From: Curvularia clavata | Lineage: Eukaryota | Reading direction: 5' to 3' | DNA length: 64,000 nt | NCBI GenBank assembly: GCA_023920165.1 | Contig: CP089276.1 | Location: 1,178,001-1,242,000, forward strand | Part shown: positions 36,268 to 47,501 of the stretch, one piece after another | Layout: every line of letters begins with the position of its first letter | Position numbering within the stretch: the first letter of the stretch is position 1 | Notes under the pieces: model-generated | Databases searched by the model: none | Seen by the model: the letters and a program-made list of their open reading frames with translations, nothing else | What the model was told of the DNA's origin: nothing | Program-made: the position numbers and the translations under genes

Positions 36268-37046
36268 CTATTGTTCTCTAGAAGTGAAGTTGTATGCCAT
36301 GACGTTGTACCCAAAGTACTCGTCTTCATCAACAGAAGAGATGCTGATATTTACAATAGAGTCAAATCCAAGATGAGCATAAAATCCTGCTGCGGTAGGC
36401 TGAGCAATTAATGTGACATTGAGATTATGTTCTCTGCCAATCTCAATGCCCCTACTCACCAGGCGTGTCCCAGCTCCGTGTAGCTGAAAGTCGGGATGCG
36501 TACATAGGGTATCTAGATATAGCTGGTTCGAACCAAAAGGTTTGTCGACGTATTCCAGTTTGGCGGCATCGAGTTTTCGATACATGTCGATCGCATGAGT
36601 GATATTCATGTCTCTGTGCTCGCAGTTTTCTTGATATTAATCAGCGCATGTTAGTCTTATGTTTTGGCCGTCTTACTAGACAATTTAGAGATGAACGTTT
36701 CATCTTGCGACTCCTTCTGCCGCCACATTGCTACAGCCACTACCGATAAGCTGCTCTCAGCGGGTGCCTCAATCACTTCTACATGGTAGGAGGCGGCCGT
36801 CAATGCCTGAGTAACGCCGAAGCGTACACACCGATGGTGTTCCTTAGGGTATTGATGGCGAAACTGATAGATATATTGCCAAAATGGAAGGGGAGAGAAT
36901 GCCGCGATCATGACGCTCGCAATATCATCTGCATCTTCTAAGGTAGCATTGCGAAGGAGGGGTTGCGCACCGAGAATTTGTTGTTGGCACGTTGCAAGGT
37001 GGACAAAGGAAAGACATAAGACTGCAGAAGCGCTAGGAATCCTCAT
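36268..37046 (-). CDS. GNAT-family acetyltransferase with a predicted signal peptide; exons 37046-36677 and 36629-36268 (243 aa)
   Basis: LRNATLEDADDI...AAF at the start of the fold, motif A YLDTLCTHPDFQLHGAGTRLV, and GFYAHLGF. A 47-nt intron (gtaag...ctaac...aag) joins two ORF-track fragments in frame. Confidence 0.85.
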
Positions 37047-37399
37047 CGAAAGAAGAGGCTTCAAGGTTTGCTAAGGATGTTCAGACATAACGCGGGGAGT
37101 TTGGTAGACCAGGCATCAGCAGTTACGTCACGGCGACCTGCTCCTTCCGTGTTGGTGTTCCAGTGCGTCAACGAAAGAGGGGGTGGTACCTCGTCATCTA
37201 CAATAGGCGAAAATGGCAAAACACCACTACATCACTGTTTGACACAAGAAGCTCTTATGTACTATAGTGCAATAGGGTGAGACTGAAGAAATCAAGAGAC
37301 GACCCGCAATTACATAGTCAAAAAGCAATCGCTAGTAGTAAAATTAAGTAAAAAAGGTGTCTATCTATTCCGAATAGAAATCTAGATATATAACTACCT

Positions 37400-37911
37400 A
37401 TATTCTAGTTGTGTGTTATTATACTATAATATGTAGTATAAACTTAATTAAAACGCGTTGTAAGACTATCTGTGCGCTTAACAAAGTTGCGTGGCTCGTA
37501 GATACATACTAATCTAGCTAGTACTGCGCGTAGCTAGAAGTCTGTTAGCTATATTTCGAATAGCAGCTTTGGTAGACGAAAACCTATATATGTCTAGATC
37601 AAGTATGTGATTGAATATTACGTCTTCTTCTAGTTTAGTACTTTTTCTTAAGTAAGACTGGTAATCGCGTAAGGTAGGCCTGCTAGCGCGTCGGCGGTGG
37701 AGAGTAGCACGAGAGACATTAAACGTAGCTATAGTGCACCTTTTAGTTTAAATTTGTTTTTGAGAGCTAATACTATAAGATGTATATTAGCCTCACGAGA
37801 GACGCATTGGCATAGATTTGGTGGAGTTATTGTATACCGTAACAAGAGAGGTGCGCAAAGTTAATGGAATGGCTTATTTGCTTGGACGGCTCATTCGTTT
37901 GTACAACACAT
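37400..37911 (-). mobile_element. Truncated, RIP-mutated Fot1/pogo (Tc1/mariner) DNA transposon: 5' terminal repeat and transposase N-terminus
   Basis: Broken frames give TFNVSRATLHRRRAS...TKLEEDVIFNHILDLD...AAIRNIANRLLATR...PRNFVKRTDSLTTRFN (psq and CENP-B-type HTH). Strong TpA excess. A terminus-like TA|ATGTGTTGTACAAACGAATGAGCC begins at 37911. The left boundary is approximate. Confidence 0.85.
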
Positions 37912-38178
37912 TACACTATCCGTAGCTTTGCGGTACATTGAATTACACTGAGTCTATTTTATCGTGTTATAAAGTGAGGCTGTTCGTCGAGTTGGTTGTT
38001 TTCTTCCACTGTGCTTCGTGTCAGGCTATGACGCTAGACAAGCTCCCTGGTCGAAGACTATAGCTGCTTTGTTCCGGCTTCGGCCTTTTGCGAAACATTT
38101 TGAGAAACACTTTAGGTATCATTTTTTTATATTTAAATCAAAAGTAACGAATATAGTTCAGACCCAGCCTCCGCAACG

Positions 38179-38790
38179 CTACATCAGCATGTCGTCCAAC
38201 CTCTCCCTTACGTCCACCATCTCAACATCCTCCATCTCCATGTCGCCTTCCCCATCCACATCGCCGTCGTCGTCGTCATCGCCGTCTATATCTACCTCCA
38301 CGTCCGTGTCCGTGTCATCATCCGACCAGCGTAGTCTCGACCAGATAAAATAGAGCGTTGCACCCATCTAAGCCACGCTTTTCAGATGCCATAATGCTGC
38401 CTCTATTTCCATACACCTATCCGCGATAGCCTTCCTGATCTTATGGGTGTTGTATCCTAGCTATAACTAAACGTCCAGAGTAGACAGCCTTGCCGTATTC
38501 TTCTTAATCAACCAATAGCTGAAGTCGTAAATTCTTGATGCGTCTTGCCTATTGATGAGCGCGATCTCCCGGCCTCGCGACTGTCGCAGCTGTATTATAT
38601 CCACCTAGCATATATAGCATAGAATATAGTCGTTATTGTCGGGCATAGTCGTATCTATAAAGTTAAGCTATTCAAAGAGCCACTTCTGTAGCTCTATAGC
38701 AACTTTACTTAAGAGCGGCTTATAGAAAACAGGCCGGGCGTCCAAAGAGAGAGTAATAGAGACTACCCATTATCTAGAGAGATTGGACAT
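38179..38790 (-). pseudogene. RIP-inactivated gene, 204 codons, with an acidic C-terminal tail
   Basis: One continuous frame from ATG 38790 to TAG 38179 with six internal stops, all TAA or TAG; TpA-rich; ends in DDDTDTDVEVDIDGDDDDDG. Confidence 0.65.
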
Positions 38791-39542
38791 AGTTGAAGAA
38801 GACTAAAGAAAGAGATAGAATAAGCTGAGTATGCGATGCCGTCGATGGATTTTGCCGAGTTGGAGATTGAGTTTACAAGAGCAGAAGAGCAGGTATTTGT
38901 AGGCAGTATACGCTGCTCTAATACTATGTGTCCTCATCACAACCACGGTTCGACAACTTTAGGGTTTTCTCTGCCCGTTATTGACCGCCCAATAGGCAGA
39001 AGCCTATTAAAGTAATTGTTGTTGTTCTGATTTAGATCTATACCACATTTTAGATTCGACACGTAAAGCCGAAGGCACTGGAGCCTAAGACACGGGAGCT
39101 TGAGGCCTCGCGTTCGAATCACCCTTTAGATATAGTCCTTTTTTGAATTTTTAGATTTTAGTGGGCTGAGGGGCGGCCTGCCTTTGTTTTGAGACCAGTT
39201 TTTAATGTTGGCCAATCGCCACAGGCGAGCCAGTTATGAGAAACAAAAACAGAAATAAATAGCTGCTTTGTCAACGCCCTGGCAGAGATATAACAGAAGT
39301 GATCGCTTTTAGGTATGTATTGATTATAGGAATAGCCCGTAAGCAGGTACGTGGCTAGTAGGTTATTAGCAGTGTATTTTGTATTTCATACGCACCAAAA
39401 GAATATCCATGAATAGCCAATATAAATTAGAAGGCTAGAGATCGCAGAAATTGATGGCCATCTGTGAGACAAGTCTAATGAATCTTCCAATCGTGATCTG
39501 TGTTCTGCTCCTACCATCGACATGGCTCTCGACGCTCTGCAT

Positions 39543-41204
39543 TCAACGGTAGCCTGGCCATTGTTGTACCCAGCTGCATATCTGTTCAACCTCAAGATCT
39601 CGGACTTTACGCACTTCTGGGTACTTCTCTGCAGTGCGCGTCATTAGCTCGCTGTGGTGAAATCCAGTCTCAATAACATGGACGACTATATCCTGCTCTG
39701 GTATACTTTGCATCGGGCCGCCGGGTCGCCGCTGAGCTGCAACACCCATCTCACGCCATACATCACCGCTGCCGCTGCTGTAAATGATACGTGTTGCATT
39801 TTTAGGGGACCAGCCACCTGTGTACTCGTTGAGCATATGTGCTGTCCGACCTTTCTTCGCACCAAAAGTTTCTCCATTCGGTCCATTAGGGAAGAACAAA
39901 GCACACTGTTCAAGGAAGAATTCTGCTGTCGTAAGGCGACTTACTAGAGAAGTTTCGTTCTGGGGCGCGCCAACAATGTATCCGCTGATTAGGTCATTGC
40001 ATTGTAGCCAGGCGTATTGTCGGTTGTCGTCGTTGTCGACGCGAAGGTCCGAGTACATGAAGTTCTCGGGATCTAGTTTACTAGTACAGAAGCCGTCTTT
40101 GAAACAGAGTGCAGGTGAAATTTCCTGACGGAACCCCTCAGCATAGCCATGAAGAGCTCTCAACATTTGTATATGCGGAGAATTCCATTCGCCGCGCCTC
40201 TCTACACCTTCCGATGTTAGAAGTGCCATGACTCCTGCCGGCAGAAGATGGTAGTCGCTTTCGATGCCCTCTATCAGATCACAGAGCCAGTTGTATTGCC
40301 TAGCAGGCCTTCCTAGCTCCTGTTCAGACCAAAAAGTTACAGGCGTAGTAATCTCGTATAGGAAGCTCTCATCGTCCATAGTTGGAAGCCCAAACAAATC
40401 CTTGATTGTCTGAACTTGGGTACCATTGGTTTGGAAGACTGAATCGATATAACTTAGAATTCTGTCCATCAGAGATGTACAGACTTGTCGGCCATGTTCT
40501 ATCTGCGGTAGGTAATATTGCCAATATGAGGTGATGCTCTGTACGATTGGAGAGCAGGCAACATAAGCCCAGAAGACTCCTCCGAACACATTAGCGACCC
40601 AAGCTGTTTGGGCACCGGAATAGCTGCCACCAGTAAGAATCCAAGGTACGTCTTGTGCAGTACTCGGAGCATCAGTCCAGGGTGGGTTAAAATGATTCGC
40701 GAGATTGACAATGTCCAGTAGAGCATCTTCAACTGTTAGGTAGCTTAGGTTACTCGTCGTAAGTTCAGCAAATGGTGAACTGCCGCCGTAATAGCGATGT
40801 TCCGGCACTATTACAGCGGCCCGCAGGTTTTCGGCGATTACCCCAACGAGAGAAAAGTCTGGTCTTGAAAATACCAAGTGTCGGTCGGCTTTCACTTCGC
40901 CTGGTAAGAAGACAACTATAGGGGAGCCTGAGCCCGCCCAAAAGGTACTATTCCAATAGTAGTTGACTGTGAAATTGCCTAGCTCAGGTGCTTTGTGAAG
41001 CAGAGGCTGCGTGAACGTGCCTTTGCCGTAATGCTTCATAGTTGGATCTTTGGGCATGGAGGGCGGAATCGGGAGATCACAAGCAGCATTTGGTGTGTAG
41101 TTGAGAGCAAAATATTTGGAGTCTTGCTCTGCACGAATCACCACTGAGACTGCAAGGTGAGCCAGGAGCGCTGCTTGGAAGCATCTGAGTGGAAGCAATG
41201 CCAT
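39543..41204 (-). CDS. Secreted serine peptidase, family S28
   Basis: Signal peptide, EHRYYGGSSPF, nucleophile GGSYSG, RQYAWLQC, GDVW and HHSEL; intronless, 553 aa. Confidence 0.9.
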   Translation of the reverse strand: MALLPLRCFQAALLAHLAVSVVIRAEQDSKYFALNYTPNAACDLPIPPSMPKDPTMKHYGKGTFTQPLLHKAPELGNFTVNYYWNSTFWAGSGSPIVVFLPGEVKADRHLVFSRPDFSLVGVIAENLRAAVIVPEHRYYGGSSPFAELTTSNLSYLTVEDALLDIVNLANHFNPPWTDAPSTAQDVPWILTGGSYSGAQTAWVANVFGGVFWAYVACSPIVQSITSYWQYYLPQIEHGRQVCTSLMDRILSYIDSVFQTNGTQVQTIKDLFGLPTMDDESFLYEITTPVTFWSEQELGRPARQYNWLCDLIEGIESDYHLLPAGVMALLTSEGVERRGEWNSPHIQMLRALHGYAEGFRQEISPALCFKDGFCTSKLDPENFMYSDLRVDNDDNRQYAWLQCNDLISGYIVGAPQNETSLVSRLTTAEFFLEQCALFFPNGPNGETFGAKKGRTAHMLNEYTGGWSPKNATRIIYSSGSGDVWREMGVAAQRRPGGPMQSIPEQDIVVHVIETGFHHSELMTRTAEKYPEVRKVRDLEVEQICSWVQQWPGYR

Positions 41205-42192
41205 TTTTTTATTTTCAGAACGCTATCCTGTTGCCAGGTGCATGAGTAGTGCGTGTAAGAGGGAGGAACAGCGGAGATTACGACGTAGTGTGATCGATTC
41301 GATATAAGAACTCCGAAAATCTGGCAAAGTCTGAATACGCGAAGGCCTGGATACTAGAGAGGATTCCAGGCTATACATGGTATGAAGTGTAATTACAGCA
41401 CGGCAGAGTCTGACATCTGAGCGCTTTAATGCAACAGCTAGCAAACTTACGAGATCAAGCGCTGACGCGGGAAAGACGAAAGTCAGATGACATACTCATT
41501 ACAACGGACCGAATGCCCATTCAATTAATCCTCCATGTAATCACGAAGGACGCTTTACAACCCGGGCGCTATTAGAGCAACCGGAATCTGCTCCGAACGC
41601 TGTGCTGACAACAGCAAGCACAGATGTCAAGTAACGGAACAATGTTCCTCTGAATGGATAATAACACACCGCTCGAGTAAGGGTAGATAACCCTCTATTG
41701 AACACAGTCCCATTTATACCAAGCGTTTACTCCCTGTAGCGCAGCCCCTTACAGCTATTGAGCGTGAGAGATGTTCATCGTTTAGAGAATAATGATTCTT
41801 TAAAGCTCAAATCCCTCCACTATCCATAGGTTGAGTAACGGCTCATTGGTAGATCATTTAACTTTCGCTAAAACAGTCCATAAATGTTCGAGACCTTACG
41901 GCTTCAAAGGGGTCTATGCAAAGCTTGCGCGATGAACCTTACGATTCAACAAATATCCCATGCGAAGCTTTCGGAACAAACCTTCTCTGTATTACTATTA
42001 TGTACCTCTAGTAACATATTAATCGCACCAATAGAATGTGCACTGAAGAAGCCAGGATTTGCCATAAAAAGTGTCTACATAAACCTGATGATCGCCTATT
42101 CCTACATTCTATCATCTTAAGCCACTGCATCCAAACTTCCAAACCTCTAAACCAAGCAATTCAAGAATCCGCACTTAGCCAGATCCTGCATC

Positions 42193-42796
42193 ATGCGCTT
42201 TTCAGTGGCAACTACCCTCCTCGCCCTTTCTGTGGCAACTCCCCTTCTCGCCCTTTCTGTGGATCTCAAGGCCGCCAGCAATATGAACGACGATCTGATG
42301 AAACGAAACGGCAGTCCTTCCATAATTCTAGGGTGCAATAGCGTCTTCATACTCTGTGCGGCTGCATGCCAAAGAATTGTGTGTCTCCGTTTTGTATAGA
42401 GCGTCTGAGAGGCAAGACTTACATAATCACAGGCAGTTACGCATGTACGGCAGGCTTGCAACTCTCATTGCTACTACACGTGGATACGACAGCTTCGAGA
42501 AGCTGACAACAACCTTCCATCCGGAATCAATGCGCCCGAGATCACTCGTCGGGGAGATGAAAACGCGCTTCGTGGCTGCAATAACAACGCCGTCACGTGC
42601 GTCGACACTGTGAACAAAACGTTCATGGATCCTACTTCTGCCGTAAGTGTCTGTTGTCTGGCTTTTCATATTGTCACTAATCCTGTCTAAGGACCCCGCG
42701 GACTGGGATTCCGGCGTCGCGATATGTTCCGCTGGATACGACTCTTGCATAAAGAATGCGGGTTACAGTCTAGGTGACTCGTGTGCCGAGCCTTAG
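42193..42796 (+). CDS. Small secreted Cys-rich protein (effector/toxin candidate), 166 aa; exons 42193-42378, 42433-42642, 42692-42796
   Basis: Signal peptide, MKR Kex2-type site, and two phase-0 introns giving an open frame to TAG at 42796; 10 cysteines. The branch site of intron 1 is weak. Confidence 0.75.
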
Positions 42797-42800
42797 ATTC

Positions 42801-43221
42801 TGTCAGGGTCTGGCCCAGTTTAGACCAGCTGAAACCTGTTCACGGCTGTTCCATTGAGCTTAGTTAGTATGGGGCCGAGTATGTCTATAAATACCGTACA
42901 ATCACTAGCGTAGCTCGCCCAGAAATCGTTAGAAGAATAGTTATAACTATTTGCTTACTAAGTAACTAAATATTTAAGATTGCTAAAAGATTCTATTATT
43001 TGGATCTCTAGTTATAGTCCTCTATAGTTTTGAGATTTTAGTAAGGTTTCAGGTGGCCTGCAAACCTGTATAGCCCGTGAATCTGTGGAGTACATTACGT
43101 ATTATAGTTATAACTCTTTTCTATTAGAATTACTAAGCAATCACACAACTTACCGCTGACCTGCTGACTCGCCCTAACCCGGATCGAGTACTAGAGAAGT
43201 ATAGCCAAACCCCGTGTAACA
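42801..43221. mobile_element. Probable RIP-mutated solo LTR
   Basis: Starts TGTCAGG and ends GTGTAACA (TG...CA); internal TATAAATA at 42886; very TpA-rich core. No target-site duplication seen. Confidence 0.5.
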
Positions 43222-43727
43222 CTAAACAGTATGATGATGCATGTGCAAAGGTCGACTATGCAACACGACCGTTCAGGGCACGGGCGTAGCAGGATACAGG
43301 CTGTCAAGCATATAGATCTGCAGACATGAACGTAGTTCATTAGAAAAATAAAACGAATTTGTTGTCAAAACAGGCAACAAATGTTTTATGACCAGTATGT
43401 GATCCTTACAACCAGAATCCGCGCCGTACTAATGATTGCTACGCTAGGTTGAGATAATACCGTAGGCTGTAGCCGCAGTTTGAAACGCAAGTATTCTGGC
43501 AGAAATTCTCTTTCTTCAGCCAATTGAACAGCAGCCACCTTGTAGAATGAATTTTGTGCTGTCGCCCTGTCTGTAAGATGCATCGTGTCACCAGATGCAT
43601 GCGCGGTAATCTCAACACCTCATCTTGTGACACTCATATAAGCATCATGAGAGCCTTTAACGCATGGGAACGCTATGCGCTTGTCGCCCTTCACAGCATT
43701 TATACAGCCAAGTGAATCGGAATCAGA

Positions 43728-46681
43728 ATGTCCCACATCAGCCTCGTCACTACACCTCCAGCAACACTAAACTCCAAGGACGCCGTGGAATGGAACTTTC
43801 CTCCGGCCATAGAGTCGGAGATAGCCACATTGGCGGCATTGTGTCAGGCCAAGCAGAAGCAAAGGGAACCCCTTCCCTCTTCCAGAGATGAAGAAGAATC
43901 CGATCTGGATGAATTGATTGAAGACGATGAATGGACGAATCACCTGACTCCCACATCTTCAGATGGTGAGGCGGAGATCAAAAAGGGTTTTCTTGACCGG
44001 CTTGGGGAGCTTCTCTGCTATAGGAAAGAACCTTCATTGATCACTAGCACAGCTTTGATTTACAGCGAAAAGGAGGCGACGATTGTTATCGCTCGTAACT
44101 CGCACTCGCGTGGAAAAACATGGTCGGACAGGGACATAAAAACGCTTGAACACCTTGCTGAAGCGCTTGAGAAAGTCTCGGTCGGCGGTTAGTGAAGCCT
44201 GCAAAACACTAATTTTCTATCGACGAAACTGATCTTTTGCATAGAAGCCCTTGAATCTGACCCGCTTCCAGCGCTGCAGAATACCCTAATTGATTATTAC
44301 CAAGATCGAATTCGGCATCACTTTGAAAATGTCACGTCAATCGAAAAAGGAAAGACTGGAATGCCTTTCTTCAACGACTGCGGGTACAAAAGTGTTTTAT
44401 CCGGCCAGCTATCTGTTTACGACTTTGTGCGGCTTGTAGAAAGACTCTCTTGCAATATTGACTTTTGCAATAGATTGAGTGGTGATTTTGGCCTGCACAA
44501 ATTTCGCCGGATCTTAGAAGAGTTGTCACATATCAGAAGGCCAATAGAAGGTGCGAGCACCTTTCTATGTGCCGCTCAGCAATCCCCAGGCTTTCGAAAA
44601 GTTAGAATTCTTTTGCTCAAGAGTCCTTATCCGAAGAAGGTCAAGCCATGGTCGTTACCTAGAGAAAGAATATCGATCACTCCTAAGCAAAAACAAGCTT
44701 TCAGCCAGAACGTTCAGAAGAGCAAGAATTTTCATGCTGAGATGGTACTGATGTGCTACCTCCTTGGTTGTAAGGACTTCAATCTGGAGGTTTTCCCATA
44801 CCTTGGGCTCAGCAAAAAGACATGTCTTCTTTGTGGGCTCTTCCTTCGAGAAATCAATCTCTACAAGACTCGAGGAAACCATGGGAAGTTCTATTCACAA
44901 TGGACATTTCCTCATTCAATAAAGACGAGCCCTGAAGTAGCTGAGAAACTAGAATCGGCTGTTCAGCGCTTGAGAGATATTCTTTGGGATATAGGGATAG
45001 AACAGGACGTGCCTCATCGGAATGAAGAGAAAGAATCGGAGATGGCTGCCCCGATCCCGCCTAATTATTCGCGACATAGAACGCTTTTTGATGAGGTAGT
45101 CGAGGACCCTAAGCTTCTGGCGAGAGAAGTTGACTGGTTGAGCAAGTTTCGCACCCGCTCTACAGAGATCAAGTGAGTCTTATCTACTCGTCCATATTCT
45201 TATGTTCAAACAGGATGTTAATATATATTAGTATGACTCATGTTCACGATAGCAGCTTTGTTGAGCCTTCTTACGCCCAAGATGGCGCTCACGCAGAAGA
45301 AGACGATATAGAGTGTCTCAAGGAAGCGAAACCCGGAAAATCTATTCAAAAACCTTGTGCGTTTTGCAAGGCCACCAGTGAACTCACACATGCTTGCAAG
45401 AAGTGTGGAATTGCTGCTCATTGTGGCGTCGATTGCTACCGTTCCGACTGGATTCGACACAAGTTTTCTTGTAAATTGGGAAGGCCGATTGACGCTACGG
45501 ACTATCTGATACTCGCCTGCCATGACAATGAGTTCCCGCCTGAAGATGTTGCCACAACTTACGGTTTTCTGTCCTTTAATTCCGGATACGATCGATTGAG
45601 GCTTTTCGAGCTCTACCGTCGGCTTGTTGTCGAATGGAAAATTGATGAGGAAGAGCTGCGTAGTGCGGTAGAGCAGAATAGGCTCAAGGAGATGATTATG
45701 TATCGATGCTCTCAAACTAGGGACACAAGAATGCTAATGGACATGCACTGGCTTCGGGAAAAGGAGGGATTTGGGGCTGAAGCCAAAGGAATGGGACTAG
45801 TCATGCTTCTTGAGGCAGCTCAAAGGGAGCTTTTGAGTCCTGAAGAACGCAAGTTGCCGATCGCCGAGCTTCAGCCTCCGGAAAAGCGACAAGCACTCAT
45901 CTTCTACGTCCAGGCCCTCAGTGGATTTATGCCACATGCAGATGAAGACAACTGGATTTCATTAGGATTATGCACTTTTGCAGACCATCAATCTTTGGAG
46001 CAATTGGTTTCTGCATATCGTTTACTCATAAAACGCTGTTCGTTCGATGAATTTTGGAACGCCATGAAGGATTCTGAGATGGTTGAGCTTTTTACGAAAT
46101 ACAAGCTTGTGGACCGAATTCTAAGGATACGCAATTTCAGTGATCTGATGAGCATTGTAAAGAAACGACACCAGAGCGTCTGGGAGCTGAAACGGTTTAC
46201 ACTCGTGAGCGCAGTTAATCCGATGAGAGCTATCGTAGTAGACTACGGATTCAAGAACTGTGAGGACGCAATCGAAAGAGTGCAGCTTCGAGAAATATAC
46301 CATGAATACTTCCAAAGGGGAGAGGATGAGATGAAACTTCACGAAGCATGTATTGCCGGAAAATTAGGTGCCTTCATGAAGTCGGTCCTAGGGAAACTTG
46401 CAGTACGCGAAGAGCTATTTCATAACTACTATCCCTTGGAAGACTATCCAATGATGGGTATGGTAACGAAAAATGTGATAATTTATACAGAATCTACTTT
46501 AGACCAAGCAAGTACCTTCGAGACAGATAGTGAGGAGGTTATAACGGTAATTCCAGATTCTCGGGATGGCAATATGACAGAAATAATGCAAAGACGAGCT
46601 GGATTCCTAGGGACAGAGTTGAGAGAATCTTATCGTTTCGGATCAGAGAGAAAGACACTCGTATGTACAATCTTAGAGTAA
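43728..46681 (+). CDS. OTT_1508-like deaminase fused to a MYND zinc finger and helical repeats, about 945 aa; exons 43728-44187, 44245-45172, 45232-46681
   Basis: HAE (44733-44741) ... LGLSKKTCLLC deaminase motif; MYND CAFC-x9-CKKC-x5-C-x3-C-x7-H-x3-C. Two canonical introns join three ORF-track ORFs in frame. Confidence 0.8.
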
Positions 46682-47501
46682 CAGGTTCTCTAACATTGGC
46701 ATTTCCGCTTTTTGCTGCTTTCATCATAGTCGAATATGGAGTTTAAAATAGTCTTATCCCATTTATATAAATACGATATCTAACTCCTGTGGTTTAAACA
46801 ACCTAGCCTGCGAGTATGTTCGACAATATGATAAGGCTGTATACTTCAGTCGCTACAAAATACGTGCAAGGTGCTGACCGCAGTTGTCACCACCGTCCAC
46901 AACTAGCTGTGGACATTGTTGGGGATATCCAAAATTTGAAACGATTTTGGCTGTCGTTAGGAGTTTTTTTACACCAGAAACAGCTGTCAATTCGTTTCGC
47001 AAGTCCTCAAGCAGGGTGGCGGCGGCTCATAATCTCGACCGCCACCTAAAGTGTAAATTGGCATACATGAACCAATATTTGCTGAAATTGAACGCCAATG
47101 ATCTCTCCTTTGCGAAAGAATTTCTGGAAAAAGGAAGGAAAATGAATGCAATAAAGTAATAACAGTTTAATGTTCAAGAGAATGCCTTGCTGGATGAGTA
47201 TTATCATAGAGCGCATTAAATGGCAGCAAAGTAGACTAGACGTCACAACACTGAAAAACCAACAGACGTATTATGAGCAGTCAAGATGATAATTCAGGTT
47301 CTACAAACCTATTCGCGATAGGAAGACGGAAAAAGATATGCTTCTAGGGATGAAAGTTAATGGTGATGGGAGATATTCATTCTGAATACGAACATTAGGA
47401 AGACACAAAATTGCTAAGAAGAAAAACGCGAACTCCTAGTAAAACAGCTACCGTCTGCGTGATGGTTCAACAATGATACTAAGAGAAGACATGCGACCGG
47501 C

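Noticed and set aside
39065..39145. B-box-like GTTCGAATC followed by a T-run, loosely like tRNA-Leu
   Set aside because: No cloverleaf could be folded.
46884..47260. Short ORF that might be a pseudogene
   Set aside because: No recognisable motif and multiple stops; cannot be supported without a search.
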